Of a stretch of 64,000 nt of DNA, positions 13,869 to 27,420 are shown in pieces. Position 1 is the first letter of the stretch. Each line of letters opens with the position of its first letter. Where the stretch lies: NCBI GenBank assembly GCA_964016885.1, contig OZ024740.1, forward strand, positions 102,424,001-102,488,000. The letters run 5' to 3'. A program made the translations under genes and the position numbers. This DNA comes from Eledone cirrhosa. Lineage: Eukaryota. The notes under the pieces were generated by a model. It searched no databases. It saw only the letters and a list, made by a program, of their open reading frames with translations, and was not told the origin of the DNA.

Positions 13869-15849
13869 AATATTATATAATATATGATAATGGAGTATTG
13901 GAGTAAAATATGTACTAATAATACTTTCAGCTCATTTCACTCAACTGTACTCCAATCCACCATTGATTTGTGAATATGCTATATTGTAGTAGGGTGGGAT
14001 AAGTAAATTGAGAAATAGCTCCTATATAACTAGCATGAAATCTCTCAGCAACACACCTCACCCTCTGACTCACATGCATATGTCTCCTCACCTCCCTTTC
14101 TACAGCTACTATAATGGCATTTCTGATGCATCTTTGCCCTTCTCATTGTCCTTATCATCTCCAGGTCAAACCTTAAGTAAAAGTACACTCCAACTCTCCT
14201 GACTCCTTCCATCTTATATGGTTTACCTCCCACTCCACTGAAAAGAAAAAATATTCCAGGCATTGCCATCTTGTCTTCTTTTTTTTCAGTCATTAAGTAG
14301 CTAATAATACATTGTCCAATACAACCTTAGATACCTATTTTTAAAGTAGTGGGATCCCTTTTTAAGATAATAATCTAAGAAAAATTTGGCTGCTATTTCT
14401 GGCAGAACAGGCAAACCCACATAGAAGCTTTCTTGTTGGCTCAAAAGAAACTGTGTAAAACTTGGAGGGGAAATAATTCCTTAGTGAAACCTTCTCCAAT
14501 GACTTTTGACTTGCCATTGCTCATTTTTATGTTTATCACAATGACCTCTGTTTCTCCTAACTAATAACTCCCTTCCCAATTTCATATCCAGTAATATCCA
14601 CATTCACTTTTTCCTTGTGTTTTTCTCACATTGTTTTTTTTTTTCTATCCTCTTTCTCTTACTCTCTCACTCATTTATGAGCCATTAGGGATTGTTGAAA
14701 TAAGTACCAGACATAAAAGTAATTATTGGGGTCAATATGATTGACTATAAACCTTTCCAGTTAGAGCCCCAGCATGACCCTAGTCAAATGACTAAAACCA
14801 GTAAAATAATAAAAGAATCTGAATTGTTACTATAACAATTCATTTCCTTGTTTTGTTTAGTATTTTTAACAGGATTAGATTAATAAGAAATGAAAATGTT
14901 TAGCTTTTAACTTTTGTGATACCAAACTACCTAAAATCATACCCTGGTTCTATGATACAAAAGTGTTTGTTTTAAAGTGTTTATCATCATCGTTTAATGT
15001 CCATTTTCCACACTAGCATGGGTAGGACTGATTTATCTAAAAGCATTTCATCGTAATTTCATGTGAGAACCTGTGTTATGTTATGCTCCAAACAATGCCT
15101 TAATAATGAGAAATTTAGCTATATTACAAACTCCCTCCAAATGCTTGATTATTTTCAAATTGTTTTATAAATCATTAGAAATATGGTAAAGAAGGAATTA
15201 AGTATTCTTTGAATTTTGATTGTAGCTTTTCTATTTCACTGTCTTCGTCTGTAATTATTCCATTATTAATTTCATCCTATCTTTTCATTCGTTATTTTTT
15301 CCATAAATATTTAACTTTGTTTTCACTTTTCTATTATACATACATTCTCCAAATTTTCTCACCACACCACTTCCTACTGAATCTCCATCTTCTCTTCATT
15401 ATTCCTTTCACTACCATAATTTTATTGAAAGATACTGTCTATGATTTTCGAATATATTTTTTTAAATAGTGAAGAACTTTAAAGTTTAGTAATATTATTT
15501 AGTACTATAAGTAACTTTCTTAATATTTATCAGGTGCTTATAGCATAAGTTAAGAATTATGATGGAAGATGTTTAGATAAATATAAACAATTTAATACTG
15601 ATAGTTCTGTATCATAGAAACAGAGGTGGTTTCAGACAGTTTGATATCACGAGTTTGTGATAAAATAAACACTTCTAAAATTAATCTTTATTTACACCCT
15701 AATATAAAGAAAAATATATATAGTACAAAAAAGCAACAAAATCATACACAGTCATAATTTTCAAAACTTAAATGCCACCTTCTTTATGTAGAGTAGGAGT
15801 AAAAATATTGTTATAATAATTGTTTGTTATAGCTTAATCTCACTGAAAA

Positions 15850-17632
15850 TGGTTTGGGAAAGAGCTAACTTTAGGTACTTACTTGGATAAAATGGGCCAC
15901 AAATGAATCATCTCTTTTTCATTGATGACCTCAAACTTTTTGGGCAAAGTGAGAAAGTGATTGATTCTCTAACACCAACAGTGTTCTTGTGTTGCAAGGG
16001 TGTGGGAATGGAATTTGGTATATCCAAGTGTGCTACACTCATAGTTAGGAGAGGGTAACATGTGCAAAGCAATGGGATTGAGCTACCAAGTGGGAAACTA
16101 TGGTAGATCTTGAGGATAGTGTCTATAAGTATTTAGGTATGGAGTTGGAAGATATCATGGATGAGAAAATCATCACCAAGCAGAAATATTTGAAACATTT
16201 AAATTTTTGTTGGCAACAAAACACAATGCACAAAATTTGATATTGACCATAAATGTATGGACAATCATAGGGATCGGGTACAGTGCAACAATAATCAGAT
16301 AAACAAAGCATGAGCTTGAAGACATGGACAGATTAACAGGAAAAATCCTGATGGTGAAAGAAGTAAAATATAAGAAAGCAAATGTCTTGTGATTGTACAT
16401 GCCAAGAAGAATGGGTGAAAGGTGTCTTGTTGGAATAGAGAAATATGTAGCAGGTGAATGGAGGACAATGGATTTATATGTTATCAGGAGTGAGGAAAAT
16501 CTTCTGCAGGATATTACAAATAAGGTTGAACTATCAAAAGAGCATACTGAGAGCAGAGAATCATAAAAGAGAAAGCTGAAAGCAGAAAAGCAATGCCATT
16601 GTGTGGTCAATTTGAGAAGGACACAAAGGAGGTTAAAACAAGCAAATCATTGGATTGGTTAACTAGAAAAGATTTGGAACAGGAAACAGAAGGTTTGCTT
16701 ATGGCTGCTCAACCAATCACTGAACACAAACTCAGTACAGCATGATATTGACAATCAGGCAGATTCAGAGGTGTCGGGAGAGTGGGAAAGGAGTTGAAAC
16801 TGTCAGGCACATTGGGAAGACCTCAAAAATACTCACACAAAAGGATTACAAAAGACATCACAATAAAGTGTGCAAATTCCATCACTGGTGCTTAAGACAA
16901 TCTGAGGTCATTTGATTTGTTTAGGAGATTAAATATCATCAATCTAAAAACTGAGCAAACATGAAATAATAATAATGATATTGTAAGTGAATGTGTTAAG
17001 TTGGCACAGCAAGAGTACAAAAGACGAAATGATAATGTTGCTGGATATATCCATTGAGTGATATCTGAGAAATGTGGATTTGTCAGAGCAACTAAATCAT
17101 ATGAGCAGAGACCAGAAGGGGTGTTAAAGAATGATGAATTTAAGCTTTTGTGGGACTTCACCATTTAATGCGACAGAATTAATATAGGCAAGTGGGCCAG
17201 ACATTTCAATTGTGAACAAGAAAAAAAAGGAAGGCCTAAATTATCGATACCCAAGAGATAAAGAGAAGGATAAAGAGCATGAAAAGATTGAGAAATATGA
17301 GCCACTGAAAGAGGAGATTGGAAAGTTGTTGGGGAGAGGGGGGGGGGGTATGATTCCAGTGGTGATTGGATCATTGGAATGCATATTGTACAGTTTTGAG
17401 GACTGTGTAAATAGAATTAGAATTGATGCAAGGTTACAGCACATGCAAAAGACAGCACTTTTTGGTACAGGAAGGATTTTAAGGAAAGTCTTGTCTATGT
17501 AAGACACAGGAGAGGATGCAATGAGGGACCTTTGTCAACTGAAATATCCAGATTATTTAGCATCTAAGTATCTGAGATTTACAAAGATGAACCATACTAC
17601 TACTACTACTAACAATAATAATAATAATAATA
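15850..17632 (+). pseudogene. Old R4/Dong-type non-LTR retrotransposon remnant (RT C-half to RLE)
   Basis: NHLFFIDDLKLF and GMEFGISKC near 15900-16030; YKYLG near 16125; IPVVIGSL...MQKTALFGTGRILRKVL* at 17350-17502; ends in (ACT)n(AAT)n; many stops and frameshifts. Confidence 0.8.
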
Positions 17633-18147
17633 ATTATTATTATTATTGTTATTACTCTTTGAGTCTCAGTCATTGATGTTATTTAACTGGAAAGTTTGTT
17701 GAGATGAATATCAAGCCACTACCTGCAGCCTCAGATATTCAGGACGTATCGGAGGGTTCTTGCTGTTCCCAGCAAGCATGCCTTTTGAAGCGTTCCAAAA
17801 AGCGTGAAGAGGCCAATTTTCTTTAACCATCCCTGGACACTTTTTGAGATAGTCCCTAATGCGCCTATGACAATCGGGATCACTTTGACTTCATGGCAGT
17901 TCCAAATCCTTTTTACCTCCCACTTTAAGTCCTGGTATCGGTTAATTTTCTCCCTCTCCTTCTCTTGCACTCTCGTGTCGAACGGGCAGGCCACATCCAC
18001 AATCAGGCACGATCTTTTTTCTTTGTCCAAAACCACCGGGTCAGGTCTACTGTGTTCCAGTTTCTTGTCCGTCTGTATCCTAAAATCCCACAGCACCTTC
18101 ACCTGATCGTTTTCTATCACCGCCTCTGGCTTATGCTCATACCACTT

Positions 18148-18150
<3 letters not shown>
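17633..18150 (-). pseudogene. 5'-truncated R4/Dong-type element (RLE domain and 3' UTR only)
   Basis: Open frame EKWYEHKPEAVIEND..KVLWDFRIQTD...SRPD.VVLDK...IVDVACPFD...EK..RYQDL...VIPIVIGALG...LQKACLLGTARTLR (PD-(D/E)xK-type RLE); (TAA)n on both sides. Confidence 0.88.
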
Positions 18151-18198
<48 letters not shown>

Positions 18199-18200
<2 letters not shown>

Positions 18201-20860
18201 AGTTGCATTTATATTGCTTTATGTTCATACGAGTTATCACCAAGTCACAACCAGTGACCTCAAGAGACAACAAGGTCCGCCATGTTCAAGAAAGAACATA
18301 CATACACACACATGCATCTTTAGGTGTTTAGACTTGTGATGTACTTATATTGACAGAATCTTCCTTAGTATATGGGCAGTTCACATTAGTACTATCTTTT
18401 GTATTTCTCCTATACGCGGGTTTCCTGGAATTTGTGATAAGTAATCATTAGACCCCTTAGGTATCATTCCTAGAGCGCCTACAACCACTGGTATTGTTTT
18501 AGTTCTCAATTTCCACATCTTTCCAATTTCTATCTCCAGGTCCTTATACTTGTTCAATTTTTCAAATGTTTTTAAAGATACATTCTTGTCTATTGGAACG
18601 GACATATCAATTAGCAGGCATACCCTCTTTTTAAAGACATTCAGTATTATATCAGGTCTATTTGCATCTATTTTTCGGTCTGTTTGGATGCTAAAGTTCC
18701 ACAAGATTGAGATGTGATTGATGCTCCCACCAATTCTTTTGATGGGGCAGGTCAAAATGCTTACACATTATCCAATGTATGTATTGTGCAGCTCTGTCAT
18801 GCCTGTTTAGGTATTCGGTTGGAATAGGACTGCACATTGAAATTATATGATCAATGGTCTCTGGTTGTTTTTTTACATACATGGCATAATGGGTTGCATC
18901 CATTTTTTATTATGTTGGCTTGGTAATTTTTTGTTGGCAGACACTGATCTTGTGCTGATATAATCAGTCCTTCAGTCTTCGATTTCAGTCCAGAGGATGC
19001 CAACCATTGATGGGTTAGAGTTTTGTCAACATCAGGATTGTTAGCTCTTTCTGGGTATTTTCCATACAGAGGCTTTTCTTGCCATTTTTAGCCAGTTTCT
19101 GTAGCAGTTCTTTCTTTGCAGTTACTTTTACCTGCTTTGCTCTTTCTGTGTTTTTCATTTCAGCAGTAAATGGAACTTCTGAATTGTGTAGTCCATTACT
19201 GTATCTTTGTGCATCTTTTGTAATGGAGTATGATCTTTTGATGCTTTCGTGTTTCAAAATGAGTTTGATCATCCAATCATGTGATTCCCTTATATATGTA
19301 GATAATCCAATTGTTGCAGTTTTCAACGCAATATCTAACTGGATTAACCCACGTCCTCCTTCTTTCCTAGGGAGATATATTCTATCTGTATCTGCCTTAG
19401 GGTGATGCATGGTTAAGAATTTTCTAATTTTTGTATCGAGACTACGGATCTCTGTGCTTGACCAGTTGATGACATTGTAACTGTAGGTTATTACTGGTAT
19501 GGCAAACGTGTTTATGGCATCGATCCTATTCCTTGCATTCAATTCCGTTCTTAAGATTGCTCTTACTCTGTGGTAATGTTCCTTCCTTATCCTTTCCCTC
19601 ATTGTCGAGTGCTTGATTCCGTCTCCTTCACAAACACCTAGATATTTGTAAGTTTCCTCTTGATCAAGTTCTCTTATCACATCCCCCGATCAAGATTAAT
19701 ATCTGAACTTTTCAGCAGCTTTCCTCTGGTGAACGTTGCTTCGGCACATTTATCTAGTCCAAACTCCATTTTAATGTCATCACTGAACTGCTTCACAGTG
19801 GATAATAGCTCTTGCAATTGTTCACCATTTTTTGCAAATAGTTTCAGATCATCCATGTAGAACAAGTGATTAATGGTTTTGTCATAGACTTTATATCCAT
19901 GTTTTGTTTCATTGAGCATTTTACTTAATGGTATAAGTGCGATGCAGAATAAAATCAGTGAAAAATTGCACAATTAATATTAACTTCTCCAGCTTCCAGT
20001 GATTTTTTTTCACTATTCAAAAGGAGTGTCGTTTTCCATGTCTTCATACTGAATGACAGGAACCTCCTGACAACGGGAGATATTTTGAAAATCTCTAAAC
20101 ATTTTTCAATCCAACTGTGTGGCAAACTATCGAATGCTTTTTTATAATCTATCCAAGCAATTGATAGATTTTTGTGTCTATTATGACAATCTTCCAGTAT
20201 CATTCTGTTAACCAAAAGCTGATCTTTACAACCATATGAGCCTCGTTTACATCCTTTCTGTTCATTGGGAAATAGGTCATTTGTTATCAGGTGGTCATAT
20301 GTATATTCAGTTAGGACTGATGTTAAAATTTTATACATTGTGGTCAAGCAAGTTATCAGTCTGTAATGTTTGGGATTGTTTGTCTCATCATTCTTCGGAA
20401 GTAGGAATGTAATGCCGTTAACTAGCCATGATGGTATCTTTTCTGGCTCCTTAACTATTTCATTGTAAAGTTGGGTTAACAGCTCATGATACACTGTGAA
20501 GGCATTTATCCAAAAATTTGGTATTTTGTCTTTTCCTGGGGATTTCCATTTGCTGGTTTTTTTAAGAGCCAAACGCAACTGTTATATTTTCCCATGTTTG
20601 TTCCTCGAAGTGAACTGTATCTTTCATTTGTCTGTCTATCCATGGGGCATGTATATTATGAACTTTTTCTTCGGCCCAGATCTTTTCCCAGAATTCTTGC
20701 ACTTCCTCCTTGGGTGGTATTGATTTAGCAGTTATTGTTGACTTGCCAATTTTTCTGTAGAAGTTCCTTTGGTTGTTTTTGAACATATTATTGTTCTTAT
20801 AGAATCTAGATCGTTTTTCAAAGTGCCTTATACAAGCAGTTTTGTTATACGAGCAGCTTT
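18199..20860 (-). mobile_element. R4/Dong-type non-LTR retrotransposon, 5'-truncated, frameshifted ORF (RT, zinc knuckle, RLE)
   Basis: KSPGKDKI, YRLITCLTTMYK, QKGC..GSYGCKDQLL, WIDYKKAFDSLPHSW, HLFYMDDLKLF, YKYLG, ETIDHIISMC, RHD, RPDII...IDMSVP...KYKDL in successive overlapping frames; (TAA)n tracts at 18151-18198 and 20861-20923. Confidence 0.92.
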
Positions 20861-20873
20861 ATTATTATTATTA

Positions 20874-20920
<47 letters not shown>

Positions 20921-20923
20921 ATA

Positions 20924-21495
20924 ATGTGGAATGCTCGAGGTAATAGAGGCATACATTGTTGCCAAGTGCCCTAGTTTGATACAAAATGAATACAAGAAAT
21001 GGAGACATGGAAACTCTGCTAGTAGTGGGGATTTGAGTGTGGGGATAAGTGGTACAATCAAAAGTCTGAGAAAGTAATTGAATCAGAAAATTGTAAAATC
21101 TTATGTCACTTCGCAATACAGACAAAGTCTGAGAGCAGAATATGCCAGATATAACTGTGGTTGATAAAAAACATTTGACTTAAGAGTGATGAAAAAGGAA
21201 AAGAGAAATTATAATCCATTAATGTATGAGATTCTACGGTTGTGGAAATTGAAAAGGGTTGACGTCATACCAGTAGAGATAGGTGTCTTGGGAACAGTAA
21301 TCCATAAATTTAATTATTGGATAAAGAAAATAGAAATTGATTGCCCTATAGAATTATTCCAGAAAACTTGCCTTTTGGGAACCTTGGGAATCATGAAGAA
21401 AATTATGGACAGTTGATGGAGACAAACCTAGTGATACCTAAGACCACTGGTTGTGGTCTGCTACACACAATATCTGGATTTTCAACACCCTGAGA
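20924..21495 (+). pseudogene. 5'-truncated R4/Dong-type remnant (zinc knuckle and RLE)
   Basis: ORF 21186-21416: YNPLMYEILRLWKLKRVDVIPVEIGVLG...FQKTCLLGTLGIMKKI. Confidence 0.75.
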
Positions 21496-21513
21496 AAACA
21501 AGCCTATAATAAT

Positions 21514-21692
21514 TGTTTCTACTTTTGGCACAAGGCCAGCAATTACCCAATACATTACTGGTACTTTATTTGATCGATCTGTAAGGATGAAAGGCAAAGT
21601 AAACCTCGGCGGGATTTGAAATAAAAGGATGTAACTATGCTGGAAAGCATGGCATCCGACTCGTTACTGATACTGCCAATCCACTGCTCTCC
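21514..21692 (-). mobile_element. tRNA-derived SINE of the GCCTTTCATCCT...GATAAAATAAAGTACC family (Meta-domain-like)
   Basis: Multi-copy in the window; TSD AAACAA(G/T)CCTATAATAAT at 21496-21513 / 21693-21710. Confidence 0.8.
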
Positions 21693-21915
21693 AAACAATC
21701 CTATAATAATGATATCATGAACGTAGGGCATTATCATTGACTGCCATACATATTATTGATCTTGATAAAGTGATTATATTTTCATCAAACTGTCTCTTTG
21801 ATCTCTTTATTCAACTATGAAGGATAAGAAAATGTTTCCTATGATGGATCAAACAATTTACTTTTTGGTGAATATCATTTGTCTCTTGTTTCTAATCATT
21901 ATTGTTATATAGCCT

Positions 21916-22108
21916 GTTATATAGGGCAGTGGATTGGCAGTATCGGTAGAGGGTCGGACGCCATGCTTTCTAGCATAGTTACGTCCCTTTATGGTCTGAG
22001 ATCAAATCCCATCGAGGTTAACTTTGCCTTTCATCCTTACAGGGTCGATAAAATAAAGTACCAGTAATGTACTGGGTAATTGCTGACCTTGTGCCAAAAA
22101 TAGAAACA
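21916..22108 (+). mobile_element. tRNA-derived SINE, same family
   Basis: A-box-like TGGCAGTATCGG, B-box-like GAGATCAAATCC; 18-bp TSD ATTATTGTTATATAGCCT at 21898-21915 / 22109-22126. Confidence 0.85.
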
Positions 22109-22624
22109 ATTATTGTTATATAGCCTAGGTGAGCACTGATCAAACTGACCAATTACTAAAGACTTTCCAACGTGATATCATCTCATCGAATGAACTATAC
22201 ACCTCACCACCATTTACTACATTGTCCAATGTATCAGATTTTATTTAACCCTTTTGATACGAATCCACTTGAAACCAGCCTAATTTTATTATACAAAACT
22301 GCCCATTTTAAAATGTTTTTCTTTATATTAAAGCATTTTGTCAAGAACTTTTTGTTAAGTTATGTTCCAAACATCAACAGTTATTTATTTTACTAAATTC
22401 CTCTAGTATATTTTTATTTTCAAAATTAATTGAAACATATAAACAGTGTCTTTCATTGGAAATATGGGAATGCAAGAGTTATAACAGTATCACATTACAA
22501 TTAAATTCACTTTGGAAGGTGTAGTTCTACATACACTATACCTTTCAATACAAATCTACCCAGGTTCTATGATATAAAACTGTTTATTTTAAAGCGTTTA
22601 TATTTATCAAAAACCTTCTATCAT

Positions 22625-22895
22625 TTGACAACTAACCTAAGCTTTGCTGCTCATCAGGCCAAAGAGAGCAAACTATCGAAATATTGGACACTCTCTGATA
22701 AATTTGTGATCAAATCTGTAGCAGTGGAGACTTCTGGCATTCTTAGCCCAGGGAGCATATACCTACTCATTACTATCGGAGCAGAGTTGGCCACCCACAA
22801 GGACAAACTACATGGGTTGGAATAGCTATTTCAATGCAACTCCCTCACCACCCTCCAGGGCTATGTTTTCTCCATTCTGTCTGCTAGGACCATAA
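22625..22895 (+). pseudogene. CRE-like non-LTR retrotransposon RLE C-terminal remnant
   Basis: AAHQAKESKLSKY..L...FVIKSVAVETSG...LLITIG...E*LFQCNSLTTLQG...SIL follows the AA..AE..K..KY...P.A.ET.G...QR.S...QRGN pattern of CRE-clade ORFs. Confidence 0.6.
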
Positions 22896-23559
22896 GACAG
22901 CCCACATATGGGCTCCCATGCACAAGAGAATGTTTTCTCACCCCACCTGGGCCTACATCACTGGGGTAGCAGTATTGATCTGTGTACTAAATTTGATCTT
23001 GTGAGTGAAGCACAAATTTATTGCCATTTTATGTTAGAACATTTATTATGCTATGCTCTAGAAACCAGCTTTACAATGATAATATTCATTATATTACTAT
23101 ATCCTTCCAAATTCTTCATTATTTTCAAAATTGTTTGAAGATTATAGGCAGTGTCTTTCATTAAAAATTTTGTAATGAAAGGGTTAAAAGATAGGATAGC
23201 CATGTCTTTAAGCTCTTCATCAAATGTCTGCTTTATCAAGGCAGACATACAGTTAAAAAAAAAACTTCTGATGCTAGCAAGCATTTCCACATAATTCATA
23301 TTTGCACACATAACCACTGAAAAAAAAGCAACTAAATTTTCTTTCATCGTTTTGTCTGTGGGTCAGCAAACATGGTTTCTGCCATGTTTGAATAAGCAAG
23401 GTCAGTGTGGCCCAGTATCTATTTTGGCCATACCTAGTAGAGAAGGTGGACTCAGTAATGCAAATGAACAAAAGACTCACATTATTGTTGCTGTTGTTGG
23501 CAGTGGTCGTGTATCTCCATCAGTTCTGATGAGTGTTGCGATTATTCAAACAATAGAGT

Positions 23560-23820
23560 AGCCTGTTCATGAAATTAATGAACAAGTGGCTGAACATTTT
23601 AAAGACATGTGTGCCCTTAATATAATTTTCAGGGAGATTTAGTGTGACACAGTATGTGACAAGGCTAGCCCTTTGTATTCCATGTATAGCTCATTTTTGC
23701 CAGCTGAGTGGACAGGAGTGAGGTGAAATAGTGTCTTGCTGAAGACACATGCTGCTGGGAATCAAACTCATGACCTAACAATCATGAATCAAGCACCTTA
23801 ACCCCTAAGCCACACATCAT
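23560..23820 (-). mobile_element. Older tRNA-headed SINE (third family; similar copy at about 38690-38970)
   Basis: Minus strand GTGTGGCTTAGGGGTTAAG...GAGTTTGATTCC head; shared GACAAGGCT(A/G)GCCC body. Confidence 0.6.
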
Positions 23821-24234
23821 CGCAATGCTTACACAATACTTCAGGGTGGAATTATAAGATTGTGTTTACTTATAGCTTGGCATGGCTGAGTGGTTAAGCA
23901 ACTTGATTCACAAGCATGAGGTCCCATATTCAATACCACTGCATACCATTTAGAGCAGATGTCTTTTACCATAGTGTTGGGTCAAAAGTTGCCTTGTCAG
24001 GAATTCAAAGGTTTCGTTCTGTTATAGACTATATCATGCTGATTCAGCCAGAGAATTATGTTAACTTTAATGTCCTGTACCATATGAAACCACACTAGTA
24101 AGTTATTCTTGAAAAGTACAAAACATTAAAAATTAGAGTCTTTAGTTTACTGCAAATTTTCACAACAATCTGTCCATTAGTAAAGATATTAGTAAAGACT
24201 ATTATATATATATATATATATATATATATCTTAC

Positions 24235-24585
24235 CAAAATATACCCCCGTCCCACTACCCCCACCCCATCCACACCACCCCTCTCGATGTAAAGTTATGT
24301 TGGTACCACAACATCCAGTCCTAAATAAATGAGGTTGTGTAGGTGTCACGACAAAAAAAACACAGTCCATGCTGTAATGTGGCCGTGTAGGTAACACGGT
24401 AAAAACCTTCCAGTCCACACTGTAAACGTGGTTGGTGTTAATAAGGGCATCCGGCCGTAGAAAACCTGCCAGACAGTCCTATACGACCAAGACAACCAAT
24501 CTTGCCTCAAGTGGGAAAATTCCCGTCCAAACCCATGCTAGCATGGAAGATGGACGTTAAACGATTATGATGATGATGATGATGA
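24235..24585 (+). mobile_element. (GAT)n-tailed SINE or RTE-derived element
   Basis: Closely matches the reverse complement of 1385-1720. Confidence 0.8.
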
Positions 24586-27149
24586 TTATAAACTTATGAA
24601 TTAACAAACCCAATTAAAACATTTCTTTCCATTAAATTCTTACAGGATCTTCAGAGTTAAGTGTACATGAATCTGGAATATTCAACCACATATATATTAA
24701 TTTAACATGTAAGACATTCAGTTGACTGAATAACTAAATGGTCATTGTTGCAGCTGGTGAAGAAGCCATCACCATACAGCTTAGTGAAGTAGACTATTAA
24801 CTCTTAATGTCCTATTCTGCCTGAAACTGCTTCAGCAAGACATTCTTGAAAAGTACAAAACAGTACTATGACTCCATCACATTATAAATTAAAGTTTTTA
24901 CTCTAATATTACATATTTTCACAATGATCTGTCCACTAATAAAGGTACTATAAACATTTGGATTAAGAAACTTGCTTTATAGATAATTTTCTGATAAATC
25001 CTTTCAGGATGTAATGAGTTAATAGCTATCTTTCTTGATTACATGTACAGCACAGTAATAGTTGATATGATGCTTTAGTGAATAGTCCAATAATCTATGA
25101 ACCTCACCATTTGTGTAGTAATAAAATGAGGAGAAACTTGGTGCACTCATTGCATTTGAGCTGATGAGGAGCCTCTACAAAGTTAAGCTACCTACTAGAA
25201 ATAGCAGCCAAATATCCCACAAATCACGTCTTACTTTCTTTAAAAAAGGACACATTAGATAATGTAATCCTGATTACACTATAGCTGAAAACAAAATTAT
25301 GAAATAGTTATTGCTGAAATGTCTCCAATCATTGATCTGCTTGATAAGGGCTAAAGAGCAACAACTCAATGCCATTTTCAGATGAAGGTTCTGTGCCGAT
25401 GGTCTTCACAGATTAGTGAGAGTAACACAAAATAGATAGTGTGAGTAATGTATTTTTTATTAATGTTAAAATTCTAATGCTGTAAAATATTGAAAGCTTT
25501 CAGCAGTTTAGGTCTGCTCTATAGCTTAACAATATAAGTCTAACTGAAACCCTAACCAGACAGCCACTATATTGCCCAGAAGATAATGTTCTTTCGAAAT
25601 AAATATATTCACTGCAATCAAAATAGTTATAAGAGTCTAATAAAAATGATGTGAAGGTGAAGATATAAAGATATATTCAAGAAATCATGACTGAAAAGAA
25701 AGAAAAAATCAACACAAAGAAATACTGTCTCATTAATGTATGCAGTGAAAAGAAACTGTGAGAGGTGTTAATGAGAACAAACAAAAATGAAAGACAGTGG
25801 GGGAAGAGGGACAAAAACATCCTAATAATGAATTAAGCAATAATGAGAGAAATGTAAGTTATATAATGATATGGACTGGTTAGTAATTAGTGAATATGTT
25901 AGATGCACTTGTTAATAATGAATGCATAATGTGTGTGTATGTGTAAGACAAGAGTGAGAACGAGATGTATTGCTGTTAAGAATGCTAATTTCTATTCAAA
26001 CTAGTGAGTAGTATCGGTTTCCTGGACACTGTATTGCCTTAAGATATAACTACTGTTAAAAAAAAATGATGTCAAGCAAGTGAATAATGAGACTCAGTAA
26101 AAAGAAAGAAAAAAAAAACGAAAGAAAGAAACCATAAACTGAAGCTGAATGATTGGTCAGAGAATGAGTGCATAGGTGATTACAAAAGAAGGCTTATGAG
26201 AGAGGTTGTATGTACAAATATTATGAGAAATGCAATATCACTGAATCTTCCAGATGACAAGCAAATGATGAGAAACTAATATAGTTTCACAGATAGAATA
26301 GATGAGGTCAAATAGAGAACTCTAAAAGAGCACTTTATTGGAAGACAAACGCTGCATATTATAATAACTTACAATGTATTGTTTTGTTTTGCTTTTTTGC
26401 TTTGTTGTTTTTCTATATATCAATGCCTTGTCTTGTATTGAATCACACTAAACAGTACTTTACTTTTCTTTTCAACTCTTTTGTTACTATATTTATAATG
26501 ATATACTCTGTCTATGTTTCAATATAGATTGAAAATAGTAAAATGAATTTGAAGTGATTCTGTAAAATAAATGACTTGGTCATTGTTAAAATGGTGTTCG
26601 AAACATAAGAGGTTTTCACACAAAATTATGATGGGTTATTTAATTTAAATCCCTTATCACAGGAGAAATTTCAGATGTGGTGGTATCAAAAGAAAGGGAC
26701 ATGTTTCTAGGCAATCTTCTACAGTAAAATCCCAAAAGTCCTTAATATAAAATTAATTGAAACATGCCAGATTATTTTGTGCCATTCGATACATATTTTA
26801 AAAGAAAACATTAATACCATTCTTACCCTTGGTAAGCTCTTATCAAATACACATATGACCAAAGACATTCCTACTATGACCCACCAATCTTTTTTCATTC
26901 AGACATTACGCACCTAGGATTATATTAGTAATGTGTTATTTTTAAGACAGCATATGGTTTCAGAGATATTTCGCTGTTATTTATAGCAGGTCAGGTGACC
27001 AGATATCCAAGAAATTAAAAAGGTTAGTTATTTACTCTGATACTATGGCATCAAGAAGAAAAGAAAAAATCTCCTTCTTCTTATATTGATTGTAGTAAAA
27101 CCTTTAATATGTTGATACTTCAGCATAATAAATCAAGTAATGTATGATG

Positions 27150-27420
27150 AAAAGGATACTGTGCAGAAACCTCTTCCATACACTTTATTTGTCATCCTCA
27201 ATATGCTTCACATATCCATATCAATGCAATCATCTCTCTTGTACACTGCATCTGTTTCCTCTTATACCCAGTTTTACTCTCAGCATTGTAATGTTCTGTT
27301 GTTCATGTATACTACTACCACACCTCCATGGGAGCATGTACACTTCATTTCTTTCCAATCTTTGTAGATTCTTTGCACTCAAGGCCCAAGTCTCAATTCT
27401 GTTCAGCATCACAGTTAATA
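27150..27420 (-). pseudogene. Degraded RTE-clade LINE fragment
   Basis: ETWALSAKNLQRLERNE..ML.W.CG...LRVKLGIRG..SVQER, typical of the RTE post-RT region. Confidence 0.7.

Noticed and set aside
17731-18273. 180-aa ORF with poly-Asn as a standalone nuclease gene
   Set aside because: Chimeric: 3' UTR of the upstream element plus an (AAT)n tract plus a truncated RLE fragment
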